64,000 nucleotides of DNA. It comes from a virus. Below are positions 48,362 to 57,755 of the stretch, in pieces. Position 1 is the first letter of the stretch. The number at the start of each line of letters is the position of its first letter. Below the pieces are notes generated by a model that ran no database searches, was not told where the DNA came from, and saw nothing but the letters and a program-made list of their open reading frames with translations. The stretch is from IMG/VR virus record IMGVR_UViG_3300042892_003815, positions 64,001 through 128,000 of that record; one strand, written 5' to 3'. Made by a program: the position numbers and the translations under genes.

Positions 48362-48778
48362 ATGATAGAAAACGGTAAAGTTGTTAGTGTACATTATGTT
48401 GGTAAATTTACTGACGGTGAAGTATTCGACAGTTCAGAAGGAAGAGAACCTCTTCAATTTGAAGTAGGGTCTGGTCAGTTGATTCCAGGATTTGAAAGTG
48501 CAATTATTGGTAAAGTTGTTGGTGATAAAGTTACTACAAACATTACTCCTGAAGAGGGATATGGATTAGTTAGAGAAGACCTTATAGTAAGTGTTCCTCT
48601 TGACAAAATGCCAGGTGATGTTGAAGTTGGTCAAGCTTTAGAGGCACAAGGAGATAATGGTCAATCTGCACAAGTTTTTGTTAAAGAGATAAATGAAGAT
48701 ACTGTAGTTATCGACGGAAACCATCCTTTAGCAGGTAAAGATCTTGTATTTGAGATTGAAGTTATTGAAATTCAATAA
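48362..48778 (+). CDS. slyD: FKBP-type peptidyl-prolyl isomerase, SlyD-like (no His-rich tail)
   Basis: VHYVG...FDSS.GREPL.F..G.GQLIPGFE...DGNHPLAGKDLVFEIEV. Confidence 0.9.
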   Translation: MIENGKVVSVHYVGKFTDGEVFDSSEGREPLQFEVGSGQLIPGFESAIIGKVVGDKVTTNITPEEGYGLVREDLIVSVPLDKMPGDVEVGQALEAQGDNGQSAQVFVKEINEDTVVIDGNHPLAGKDLVFEIEVIEIQ

Positions 48779-48779
48779 T

Positions 48780-48807
48780 AAAAAACCCACTTAAAGTGGG
48801 TTTTTTT
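48780..48807. terminator. intrinsic terminator
   Basis: A6-CCCAC-TTAAA-GTGGG-T7. Confidence 0.85.
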
Positions 48808-48831
48808 ATTTTCTCATTTAATATATAGATA

Positions 48832-49533
48832 ATGAGAAAAATATATTTACTACTACTTTTTATTACAGGTATTTCTTTTGCACAAGAACTTAATTTAGAT
48901 AATAATTTAACTGGTAATACTGTTCAGGCAGATAACAGTACTAGAAGTGTCGCATTTAATTATATTGGAGATAATACTCTTACACTTAAAAACTTTGATA
49001 TTAACTCAAATACTAATTATACGTTTTTAACAGACAAACAAGATGAGTTATTACAAAGATTTAATGTAATGTACAAGTTTCCAGAAAAAAAACTTGACGA
49101 CTATTCATTCTTTACCTATCAATTTAACTCATCTCTAATTAGAAAGATTGATGAAGATCATTGGTTTGGATTAGGTTATGGAGTTAAAAAGAAGATAGAT
49201 TCCACTCTTTCGGTATCAACATCCTATGCTATAGTATTTCAAGATATTCTTTGGAGTTCTGGTGAAAATAAAACATTTTTTAGACATTCTTTAAGAGGTA
49301 AAGTTAAACTAACCAGAAATGATTTTGAAATAGTATCTGAATACTTTTATCAGCCAAATATTCAATACTTTGATGAGTATATTATTATTGGTACTACAAA
49401 ACTTGTAATTATGCCAAAAAATAAACTTAACTTTATTGTACAGGACGTAGTAAACTATAACTCTACTACAGAGGTTAAACTACTACATACTATAAGTCTA
49501 GGTATCCAATACAAGTTCAACAAGAAATTTTAA
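48832..49533 (+). CDS. putative outer-membrane beta-barrel protein (DUF481-like)
   Basis: Sec signal MRKIYLLLLFITGISFA-Q; alternating amphipathic strands; C-terminal ISLGIQYKF..KF. Confidence 0.6.
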   Translation: MRKIYLLLLFITGISFAQELNLDNNLTGNTVQADNSTRSVAFNYIGDNTLTLKNFDINSNTNYTFLTDKQDELLQRFNVMYKFPEKKLDDYSFFTYQFNSSLIRKIDEDHWFGLGYGVKKKIDSTLSVSTSYAIVFQDILWSSGENKTFFRHSLRGKVKLTRNDFEIVSEYFYQPNIQYFDEYIIIGTTKLVIMPKNKLNFIVQDVVNYNSTTEVKLLHTISLGIQYKFNKKF

Positions 49534-49543
49534 TATATAGTTA

Positions 49544-50950
49544 ATGAGATATATTAAACTAAATGAAAATATCGCTTTAGCTAAATCCATTCTTAGAAAG
49601 AATGGTATAGCAGAAGATAATGAAGACTATCTTAAAATAAGAGAAATGGTTGGTACTGCATTTAGTTATGTTGGTATTTTAACAAGACTTAGATTTGTTG
49701 ATAACGTAACTGATATGGAAGAATTAAAGTCAATCTTTGAAGTCTTAAAGAATTCTAAACTTGACTTAGGAAAACTTAATAAAATGTCATATGAGCAGAT
49801 CTTAGACACTTTCTATGATCAAATGACTTCTCCTTCAAAAGAAGATTATGAGTTGATTTATAAAGACAATTCATACTCATTTTTTAGAGTTTATACTTAT
49901 AAAGGGATTTTAGAAATTGGTTCACCTGCTTGGTGTTTAAAAACCAAAAAATATTGGAATGAATATCAAGCCAAATTCCCAGAACAATGGGTTGCTATTG
50001 ATAATAGATATGTTAAAAATATAGTTACACCCAACAATAACTATTTTACTAATGCTTATAGAAATACTGGTAAAACCTGGGTTAGATTTGGTATAAGTCT
50101 TAAACGTAATGCAGATGGTACTACTTCTTGGATCGCACACGATGATAATGATGGTAAATGTGAGTTAAAACCGGATAATCATACTTTCTATGGTGTTCTT
50201 TTTACTACACTTAATTTAAGTCATGGTACTAAAAAATCTTTCTATCAAAAATTTACTGATGATCTCGAATATGTTAAAGATGGTATTTTTAAAGTAATAC
50301 CTGGTCAAAATCATATTTGGAATAGATTAGGAGTTAAACCACCACAAAATCTTAACGAAGATGATGAAAATTACTTATTTCTATCTAAGTCATATTCATT
50401 TGTTCCAATTATGTTAAGAATAAGAGAAAGAAGTTTCCCTTGCTTGAGAATTTTTAACAATAATCGAAAAGTAATGCATTTATTTAGTATGGGTGCTGAT
50501 GGATTTGCCACTAAGGCACTTAATGATTATGTTCAAAAACCTCAAAATGTTAGTTATTCTTCTATAAGATTAAAATTAGGTTTAACTACCGTAGATGAAT
50601 TAAAGAAAGATGAAGATTTTGTTTTACAAGTTGGTAAGTGGTTAGTTTTTCACTGGAATAAAGATTATTTCATTGCAATTGATTCTGAACCTGGTGATTA
50701 TGTTTTACCGGTAATGGATCTAGTAGGAAACGAGTACTGGACAAATCATGATAGTGAAAGAGAATTACTACCTATGTTTTATTATATAGATAAAGAAAAA
50801 ATATCTAATTCAGGAGTAAAGTTAGATACCACAGAAAGTAAAGAAATATTAAGACAATTAAGTGGTAAAAAGCCAACACCAATAGAACCTGAGACAACAC
50901 AACAAGAAGAGAAACCAGGTTTCATAAAAAGATTTTTTGGATTCAAATGA
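49544..50950 (+). CDS. hypothetical protein with capsid-targeting-like leader and GSPAWC motif
   Basis: MRYIKLNE leader; TAATATATA at 49531-49539. Confidence 0.65.
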   Translation: MRYIKLNENIALAKSILRKNGIAEDNEDYLKIREMVGTAFSYVGILTRLRFVDNVTDMEELKSIFEVLKNSKLDLGKLNKMSYEQILDTFYDQMTSPSKEDYELIYKDNSYSFFRVYTYKGILEIGSPAWCLKTKKYWNEYQAKFPEQWVAIDNRYVKNIVTPNNNYFTNAYRNTGKTWVRFGISLKRNADGTTSWIAHDDNDGKCELKPDNHTFYGVLFTTLNLSHGTKKSFYQKFTDDLEYVKDGIFKVIPGQNHIWNRLGVKPPQNLNEDDENYLFLSKSYSFVPIMLRIRERSFPCLRIFNNNRKVMHLFSMGADGFATKALNDYVQKPQNVSYSSIRLKLGLTTVDELKKDEDFVLQVGKWLVFHWNKDYFIAIDSEPGDYVLPVMDLVGNEYWTNHDSERELLPMFYYIDKEKISNSGVKLDTTESKEILRQLSGKKPTPIEPETTQQEEKPGFIKRFFGFK

Positions 50951-51426
50951 GATACTTAAAATTATACGAGGAACTAACGTTTGAACCAAAAAAGATATAC
51001 TACACTAAAGATGAAGATGATTCACTTATAGTTTATACATTTGATTTTGGTGATTACACTTACTTATGTGAGTTTAGTAAAATTGGTGATAATATGTGGA
51101 GAAGAGATTTCCACACAATGGAAGAGGGATTTGGTACAGTAAATGCAGGTGGTAAAAATGCACTTGACACATATGCTTATATTACTAAGATAACTGAAGA
51201 TTTTATAAATGAATATAAACCAGACTTATTAGTTTTATTTCACACGAGTGAATCAAGATTCAATGTAAATTGGAGATTTATGCAGAATATAAAGATTGAT
51301 AGTGAGTATGAGATTAAACCTCTTAAAAATCCACCATTTAATAATGACATAAAAACAGTTATTTTTAAAAAAGATTCAGAGGATTTAATATATACTGATG
51401 TAGTAAAAAACGAAAAAGATAAATAA
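50947..51426 (+). CDS. hypothetical protein with capsid-targeting-like leader
   Basis: MRYLKLYEE. Confidence 0.7.
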   Translation: MRYLKLYEELTFEPKKIYYTKDEDDSLIVYTFDFGDYTYLCEFSKIGDNMWRRDFHTMEEGFGTVNAGGKNALDTYAYITKITEDFINEYKPDLLVLFHTSESRFNVNWRFMQNIKIDSEYEIKPLKNPPFNNDIKTVIFKKDSEDLIYTDVVKNEKDK

Positions 51427-52178
51427 TGAAACATTTAAAAAGATTCAATGAAGAATTAAGTCCAAGTACTTATCGTAATGCAGCATGGAAATTAGGTAAT
51501 ATAGCACGTAAAACAGGCAATACTGAATTTAAAACAAGATCAAATAATCTTAGAGATTATGCAGAGGATAAATCTTGGAAAGAAAATATTAAAGAATATT
51601 CAAAGTTTGGTAAAACTACCGTAACTACTCAATATAATAAAAAGGGAGATACCGTTACTGGTGATTTCTATTTAAACTTTTTTTTCGACGATTATGCATA
51701 TGAAGAGATGGTACAAGATTATTTAGAAGAAGAGAAACTTAATGTTGCATTCTCAGTTGGTTTAATACCAGTTGATGTAGAAACAAAAGAGAAATTTCAA
51801 AGTGTTATACCAGAAGGTGATTTTGACAATGGATTCTTTTGGGGATTTTGGGTAGAAGTGGAATTTGAAGATAAAGGAGAAGGATTGGAACTATCAAAAG
51901 TAGGTGTTTCTAGTTATGACTTTAATATAACTGGTAAAATATCATTTACTAGACCATTATGTGGTGCCATTAAAAGACATTTACTATCACTTTTTACAGA
52001 AGATAGTGGATATGAACAAAATAGAAGACCTACATATAAAATTTTAGAAGAAGAAGTTTTAATAAAATCTGGTGCGTCATCAAAATTTGGAGTTGCGATG
52101 GTGGATCTACATAACTTTGTTAAAGATATAACACCAAATACGATAATGAGTTCAGTTGATGATAATCAAACTTGGTAA
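51426..52178 (+). CDS. hypothetical protein with capsid-targeting-like leader
   Basis: MKHLKRFNEE. Confidence 0.7.
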   Translation: MKHLKRFNEELSPSTYRNAAWKLGNIARKTGNTEFKTRSNNLRDYAEDKSWKENIKEYSKFGKTTVTTQYNKKGDTVTGDFYLNFFFDDYAYEEMVQDYLEEEKLNVAFSVGLIPVDVETKEKFQSVIPEGDFDNGFFWGFWVEVEFEDKGEGLELSKVGVSSYDFNITGKISFTRPLCGAIKRHLLSLFTEDSGYEQNRRPTYKILEEEVLIKSGASSKFGVAMVDLHNFVKDITPNTIMSSVDDNQTW

Positions 52179-52182
52179 TAAT

Positions 52183-52210
52183 AAAAAACCCACTTAAATA
52201 GTGGGTTTTT
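52183..52210. terminator. bidirectional terminator
   Basis: A6-CCCACT...AGTGGG-T5; same stem as 48780. Confidence 0.85.
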
Positions 52211-52403
52211 ATTTTACATATGTTTTTATTATTTCAATCATATCATTTTGATAACCATCAAATAAATTTCTTCTATTTAAAATAGAACGAGAAACTCCTA
52301 ATTCATCACTATCATAATAAGTAAATACTTTACCTAAATTGACAAAGTGTTCCAGTCTACCAGTTAGTTTCCAACGAATACATATTATAGTACTACTCCT
52401 CAT
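52209..52403 (-). CDS. small hypothetical protein (64 aa)
   Basis: Start reassigned to MRSSTIIC, overlapping the stop of the phosphoesterase. Confidence 0.55.
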   Translation of the reverse strand: MRSSTIICIRWKLTGRLEHFVNLGKVFTYYDSDELGVSRSILNRRNLFDGYQNDMIEIIKTYVK

Positions 52404-53145
52404 AATCGTTTTCTTCCCATAATTCACCAACACCCAATACTCTATGTTGAACTCCATCTATAGTTGTTACATCACTTCTATGGAAATGTCCGTAATAATG
52501 ATGTGTAACATTATTATACATCTTAATAGTCTGAAAAGCCAAAGTAATCAATCTTCTTTCATCCAAAAGATCCATTTTTAATGCAGGGTCTCCCGCAATA
52601 AATTGGTCTACAAAACTACCAAATCCATTACCATTATCTGGAGGACAGTAATCTGGTGCATTGTGAGTAACTACGATATTAATATCTCGTAAATCAACTA
52701 ACTTATTATCTTCCCAATTAAAGATTTCATCTGGCCACCAACTTTCATTACCTGTTTTGATGTCATATCTACCAATCGCTTGATTCTTAGTTTTACGCAT
52801 TTTACGGTCGATACTTACTGCACCACCAATACATAAGATATTTTTACCTTCTAAGTTAAGAACAGTATAATCTTTTACTAGTTTGATGTTAGTAAATCCA
52901 AATGGATCATTATCAAAGTAAGGTTTGTAATCGTGATTACCACGAATTGCATATAATATAACATTTCTTTTTACAAGTTCAGTGTGTGTAAATTCTAATG
53001 TACGTTTTTCTTTTAATAGTCCATTAAATCCTACACCAAAGTCACCTACTTGAATTATGTAAGCATCCTTAATATCAAATCGTTTAAGATATTGATTTAT
53101 TAAGTTAAAGCTTCCGTGGATATCGCCCAAATATAGGATTCTCAT
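52393..53145 (-). CDS. calcineurin-like metallophosphoesterase
   Basis: GDIHG, QVGDFG, RGNHD, THNAP, GHFH. Confidence 0.9.
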   Translation of the reverse strand: MRILYLGDIHGSFNLINQYLKRFDIKDAYIIQVGDFGVGFNGLLKEKRTLEFTHTELVKRNVILYAIRGNHDYKPYFDNDPFGFTNIKLVKDYTVLNLEGKNILCIGGAVSIDRKMRKTKNQAIGRYDIKTGNESWWPDEIFNWEDNKLVDLRDINIVVTHNAPDYCPPDNGNGFGSFVDQFIAGDPALKMDLLDERRLITLAFQTIKMYNNVTHHYYGHFHRSDVTTIDGVQHRVLGVGELWEENDYEE

Positions 53146-53171
53146 TAGTTCTAATTATTTTTTATTATCTA

Positions 53172-53202
53172 CAAAGATACAATTATTATTCGTAAAAACA
53201 AC
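53172..53202 (-). promoter_or_regulatory. Bacteroidota sigma70-type promoter (GTTG-N19-TATCTTTG)
   Basis: Matches the -33 TTG / -7 TAnnTTTG consensus upstream of the metallophosphoesterase. Confidence 0.65.
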
Positions 53203-53256
53203 AATAAACTTATAATATTTAATATATATAAGGTTGTAAAAAATATAATAAAAATA

Positions 53257-53628
53257 ATGGAACATAAAGAAGATTCAGTAACTCTGAAGTTTTTAAAAGA
53301 CACTCTTAAAAAAGGTACTGACTTCGCACAAGAATTTTGGGATGGTACTAAAAGAGAAGCTACTGAAACTAAAATTTCGATTCTAATCATCAGAAAAATG
53401 ATTCAAGATAAAGAAGTAACCGACGGTGAAATTAAGTTCTTAAAAGAGCACTCAATAGATTTGGTGAAGCTTGTGCCATTAGTTCTAATCTCTGGAATTC
53501 CTATCCCAGTTCCTATCACACCATTATTGATTGCGTTAGGTAAAAAATATGGATTTGATTTTCTTCCAAAAGATAATAGACATTGGTTAGAAGATACTAA
53601 GATTAAAGGTAAAGAAAAAGATATTTAA
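53257..53628 (+). CDS. hypothetical membrane-associated protein, LETM1-like
   Basis: DLVKLVPLVLISGIPIPVPITPLLIALGKKYGFDFLPK hydrophobic/proline segment. Confidence 0.4.
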   Translation: MEHKEDSVTLKFLKDTLKKGTDFAQEFWDGTKREATETKISILIIRKMIQDKEVTDGEIKFLKEHSIDLVKLVPLVLISGIPIPVPITPLLIALGKKYGFDFLPKDNRHWLEDTKIKGKEKDI

Positions 53629-54608
53629 TCTATAAATTTTATCTTTTCTAATCTATCTAACCAACCAGCTCCATGTCTTTTAAAAGTTCTAGCTTCTTTA
53701 TATCTAGATTCACGATACTTTTTAATAGAATCGAATAATTTACTTTGTTCTAATGAATTAAGTTGTTTAATATAATCTCCTTCAAATGGATTTACATCAT
53801 CTGATATTTCAATGCCATTATCTCTTAAAACACTTCTCAAGATTGACTTCATTCCAGTAATTCCTTGATTTACACAACCATCATAAACAACATCTGCTAC
53901 TGATTGATTACAAAATCTTTCAATTTTTTGATCATCCCAGTATTGATTTTTATAAATATCTAGTGCGGTTTGATAAGATAAGTTCATCATATCTTCTTTT
54001 TTAGGTAGTTTACCTAAGTATTTCATTAAAACTGGTGCAGAAATACCGTATTTGCTACCAATAAATCTTTTTAATTCTTTACCACCCATTTCAAAATCTA
54101 CAAAGTTTCCAGTATCACCTCTATCATCTGAATAATCCCCTTCCGCGAGTGCAACTGCTTTTTGAGAAACTTCAAAAGAAGCTTTCTTAGTAACTTTCAC
54201 AAATTCTTTGACAATTTTGTCATCTACTTTATTATCTACTGCATTAACTAAATAACTAACCGAACAAAATAATAAGAATATACTAGCATAATTTATTAGA
54301 AGTTTTCTTCTAGTTCTTTCTGGTAAAAGTTTTATTTTATCTAATAGTTTATAAAAGTACTTTACTATCTGTTCTTTTGGTAGTTTAGACAGAAACGATT
54401 TTAGTTTATCTAATATTGGTGATGTTGTGTTTGAAGGTTTAGTTAAATCCCATTCAAAAGTAGGACTTACTTCTTCTACTGGTTTTTCAGTTTCCTTTTT
54501 CATATCCCAAGTAAATGTAGGACTAGGTTCGTCAGATTCTAATAATAAAAAAATATCATTTATTATAGATTCAAATAGAAAATCATTATATTTGTGTAAA
54601 TTATTCAT
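53625..54608 (-). CDS. GH108-family lysozyme with capsid-targeting-like leader
   Basis: MNNLHKYNDFLFES leader; EGDYSDDRGDTG...KYGIS; DGCVNQG; C-terminal HGAGWLDRL. Confidence 0.75.
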   Translation of the reverse strand: MNNLHKYNDFLFESIINDIFLLLESDEPSPTFTWDMKKETEKPVEEVSPTFEWDLTKPSNTTSPILDKLKSFLSKLPKEQIVKYFYKLLDKIKLLPERTRRKLLINYASIFLLFCSVSYLVNAVDNKVDDKIVKEFVKVTKKASFEVSQKAVALAEGDYSDDRGDTGNFVDFEMGGKELKRFIGSKYGISAPVLMKYLGKLPKKEDMMNLSYQTALDIYKNQYWDDQKIERFCNQSVADVVYDGCVNQGITGMKSILRSVLRDNGIEISDDVNPFEGDYIKQLNSLEQSKLFDSIKKYRESRYKEARTFKRHGAGWLDRLEKIKFID

Positions 54609-54631
54609 AAACTATATATTAAAACTTTTAC

Positions 54632-55240
54632 ATGAAAAGATTATTATTATTTCCATTTACTCTTATTTATAATACCGTAAAAACAAATATTATAAAAACA
54701 ATTTTTGTAACACTTGCAATTACCGGATTTTATTTTTCACAACGATATACTGAGGATATACATTCAACAAAAACTGCAGACTTTGTAATAAAAGATGGTG
54801 TGAATTATACCTACTTTTTTGCAAAAACTAATGATGGTGAATACTCATCTATGACAACTAAAATTCCTTTAAAGAATAATACTTATAATTATACTGAAAC
54901 ACAAGATGGTTACTACGGATTTCAAGCACTTGGTTGGATATCTGTTATTGTTTTAGTAATTGGATTCTTTGTGGGACTAAGTGATGAAGAGTTATCTTGG
55001 GAATTTGATGAATGTTTAGAGAAATCTTTATCCTTTTTAATCATTTGTGAGATAGAAGATGATAAATTTTATTACATGGCACTTGGTAGATTAGTTAGAA
55101 AATCTGATAGACAATTAAATGGTGGTTATCATAGTATAACAAGAGAATTGAATATTCGTAGTTTTAGTGATATTTTAAATTGTCCTAAGTTTAAAACAAG
55201 ATCCCAAAAAAGAGGTGAATTATTAGATAAATTAGTATAA
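54632..55240 (+). CDS. membrane protein
   Basis: Two hydrophobic segments; ends KRGELLDKLV. Confidence 0.65.
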   Translation: MKRLLLFPFTLIYNTVKTNIIKTIFVTLAITGFYFSQRYTEDIHSTKTADFVIKDGVNYTYFFAKTNDGEYSSMTTKIPLKNNTYNYTETQDGYYGFQALGWISVIVLVIGFFVGLSDEELSWEFDECLEKSLSFLIICEIEDDKFYYMALGRLVRKSDRQLNGGYHSITRELNIRSFSDILNCPKFKTRSQKRGELLDKLV

Positions 55241-55265
55241 AAAAGTCCCAAATTGGGACTTTTTT
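55239..55265. terminator. bidirectional terminator
   Basis: A6-GTCCCA-AAT-TGGGAC-T6. Confidence 0.85.
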
Positions 55266-55725
55266 ATTTATTGTAGTTTTTCAAAAGATCAACTAATCTG
55301 TGTAATGTTTCATCATCTAGTGAATACCAACCTTCATCATTTGTTATCTCTTTAATATCTTTACCAAGTTGTTCTTTATCAACCCCATCTTCACAAAGCC
55401 AGTGGTATAGTTCCACACACTCAGTTGCTAAATCAAATTGATTATATCCAGTAGCTTCATCTACACTATTAGTTTCTTCTTCTTTTAAATCTCTTAAATC
55501 AGATACTTGACTAGGTTTTCCTTTTTTTCTTCTTCTTTTGATTGGATCTCCTGAACCTAATCCAAATCCAATGTCACCTGATCCACTTGATCCAGGTACA
55601 CCCGGTAATGGACCAACTTGTGCAGAAACAACGGCACCCATTCCCGCAGTATTTGAAGCATTTGCAGTAGCTACCCCACCACCTTCATCTTCAAAAAACT
55701 TTTGATATAATTTTAAATATTTCAT
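55264..55725 (-). CDS. hypothetical protein with capsid-targeting-like leader
   Basis: Start reassigned to MKYLKLYQKFFEDE, 4 nt after TAATATATA (55730-55738); Gly/Ala-rich segment follows. Confidence 0.7.
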   Translation of the reverse strand: MKYLKLYQKFFEDEGGGVATANASNTAGMGAVVSAQVGPLPGVPGSSGSGDIGFGLGSGDPIKRRRKKGKPSQVSDLRDLKEEETNSVDEATGYNQFDLATECVELYHWLCEDGVDKEQLGKDIKEITNDEGWYSLDDETLHRLVDLLKNYNK

Positions 55726-55761
55726 AGTATATATATTAAATAAAAAAACTACATTTGTATC

Positions 55762-56109
55762 ATGCAATTAAAAATTAATAGATTATCTTATCAAAAGTTA
55801 TGTGTACATAACACTGTTGAAATCAAGTGTGGGGATAAACACATTGGTTTCTATGATATTAGTACAATATATAAAATAGAAGATGATAACTCTTTAAGAA
55901 TGAAATACTCTGATCGATTTATAATTAAATTAAGTAATATCTATGGAATAAAGAAAAAATTTATTCATATGAAATTAGAAAATTTTGACATAACACTTGA
56001 AAACATTGACTATCAAAATACTAAGATTATTTATGAGATAGAATTTAATGATAAAAATTGGTTCATAAAATACAATAGAGACCTGATAATCAAACAATTA
56101 CTTAATTAG
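55762..56109 (+). CDS. hypothetical protein with C-terminal RDLIIKQLL tag
   Basis: 115 aa; TACATTTG (-7-like) immediately upstream. Confidence 0.65.
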   Translation: MQLKINRLSYQKLCVHNTVEIKCGDKHIGFYDISTIYKIEDDNSLRMKYSDRFIIKLSNIYGIKKKFIHMKLENFDITLENIDYQNTKIIYEIEFNDKNWFIKYNRDLIIKQLLN

Positions 56110-56154
56110 TAGGAAAAATTCAATATTTTCTTTTAATATATAAAAGAAAAAATA

Positions 56155-56976
56155 TTGAAAGTTATGTTATTAAAAGTAGGTTCAAAAGGGGATGATGTTA
56201 AGAAACTCCAAGAAAAATTAGGTACTTCGGCAGATGGTAATTTTGGTCCAGGTACGGAAAAATTAGTAAAAGAATGGCAAACCGCAAATGGTTTAACTGC
56301 AGATGGCCTTGTTGGAGATGGAACTTGGACAAAGATGTTCGGTTCAGCACCAGTAGCAGCACCAGTTGTATCAGGTTCACTTAAATTAGAGAAATTAAAA
56401 GGACATATTCCTGATTCAGTAATCGCACAAATTCCAGATACTGCTGCAAAATTTGGTATTACTACAAATTTAAGATTGGCTCACTTTTTATCACAATGTG
56501 GTCATGAGTCAGGTGGTTTCAAAGCAGTTTCTGAAAACTTAAACTACTCAGCAGATGGTTTAGTAAAAATCTTTGGTAAATACTTTAATTCTACTACTGC
56601 AGCTGGTTATGCTAGAAATCCAGAAAAAATTGCTTCTAAAGTTTATGCATCAAGAATGGGTAATGGTAATGAAGCTTCAAAAGAAGGTTTTAAATTTAGA
56701 GGTAGAGGTTATATACAATTAACTGGTAAAGAAAACTATACAAAATTTGGTAAATTTATTGGAGAAGATATTGCTTCAAATCCAGATTTAGTTGCAACTA
56801 AATATCCTTTAGCTTCTGCGGCATTCTTCTTTAACTCTAATGGTCTTTGGGCTATTTGTGATAAAGGTGCAGACGACGCAACAGTTACTTCAGTAACAAA
56901 AAGGGTAAATGGTGGTACTATTGGTCTAGCAGATAGAATCAAACACTTCAAAGAGTATTATAATTTATTAAAATAA
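56155..56976 (+). CDS. endolysin: peptidoglycan-binding domain + GH19 catalytic domain
   Basis: GSKGDDVKKLQ...DG.FGPGTE...WQ; AHFLSQCGHESGG, FRGRGYIQLTGK.NY, VNGGTIGLADR; start TTG 56155 or ATG 56164. Confidence 0.9.
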   Translation: MKVMLLKVGSKGDDVKKLQEKLGTSADGNFGPGTEKLVKEWQTANGLTADGLVGDGTWTKMFGSAPVAAPVVSGSLKLEKLKGHIPDSVIAQIPDTAAKFGITTNLRLAHFLSQCGHESGGFKAVSENLNYSADGLVKIFGKYFNSTTAAGYARNPEKIASKVYASRMGNGNEASKEGFKFRGRGYIQLTGKENYTKFGKFIGEDIASNPDLVATKYPLASAAFFFNSNGLWAICDKGADDATVTSVTKRVNGGTIGLADRIKHFKEYYNLLK

Positions 56977-56980
56977 TAAC

Positions 56981-57010
56981 AAAAAAGTCGAGTAAATCTC
57001 GACTTTTTTT
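56981..57010. terminator. bidirectional terminator
   Basis: A6-GTCGAG-TAAAT-CTCGAC-T7. Confidence 0.85.
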
Positions 57011-57683
57011 ATTGTAATAACTTCTCTAGTTTTGCATTTCTCATAATACATTCATATCCAACAATAGAAACCTTAGATATAGAATCCATCATCTTTTGTT
57101 TATTAAAAAATCCATTATAAATACTTACATTACTATCACTACTATAAATAATTTTTACAAATAAATTAGGTTGTAATCTAACTATAAATTTCTCTATAAA
57201 TTTGTTATCTTCATCACGTATTTCAATATAAAATGATTGTTCATATTCAGCACCATAGTTAAATTGTGATTTAGTAAATCCTAATTTATCTAAATACTCG
57301 ATTACTAAATCTAGTTTCTTATATCTACAGGTAAGTTTTGTTTCTGTATCATAATATGAAAACCTTGAAGGTAGGTCATTAAAGAAGTTTTCATCACCAA
57401 TATGATAAGTTTCTTTATACTTTTCTAATTCCTGATCTAATTCACCAGTTAAATAAGCTAGTTTCTCTTCTCTTGAAGAAGAATTAGATACAACTTTTGT
57501 GGTTATTTTACCATCGAATATAAAATAAGTTTCTCCAGTTAGTTTTGAGACATCTTCACATCTATCAATTAGTTCCTGTGGAATCTCTTCTTTCTCATAA
57601 ATAAAGTATGTTTCTTTATTTTCTTCTATTTGTGGTTCATCTTCATCAATGAATCCGATACCTCTACCTTGTATTATTTTCAT
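57009..57683 (-). CDS. hypothetical protein with C-terminal RNAKLEKLL tag
   Basis: Start reassigned to MKIIQGRG. Confidence 0.65.
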   Translation of the reverse strand: MKIIQGRGIGFIDEDEPQIEENKETYFIYEKEEIPQELIDRCEDVSKLTGETYFIFDGKITTKVVSNSSSREEKLAYLTGELDQELEKYKETYHIGDENFFNDLPSRFSYYDTETKLTCRYKKLDLVIEYLDKLGFTKSQFNYGAEYEQSFYIEIRDEDNKFIEKFIVRLQPNLFVKIIYSSDSNVSIYNGFFNKQKMMDSISKVSIVGYECIMRNAKLEKLLQ

Positions 57684-57755
57684 AACTATTATATGATAAA
57701 TAAAAAAAAAGGTTTTTAGAATATAATATATAATTAAGTAAAAAAAGATATAGAT

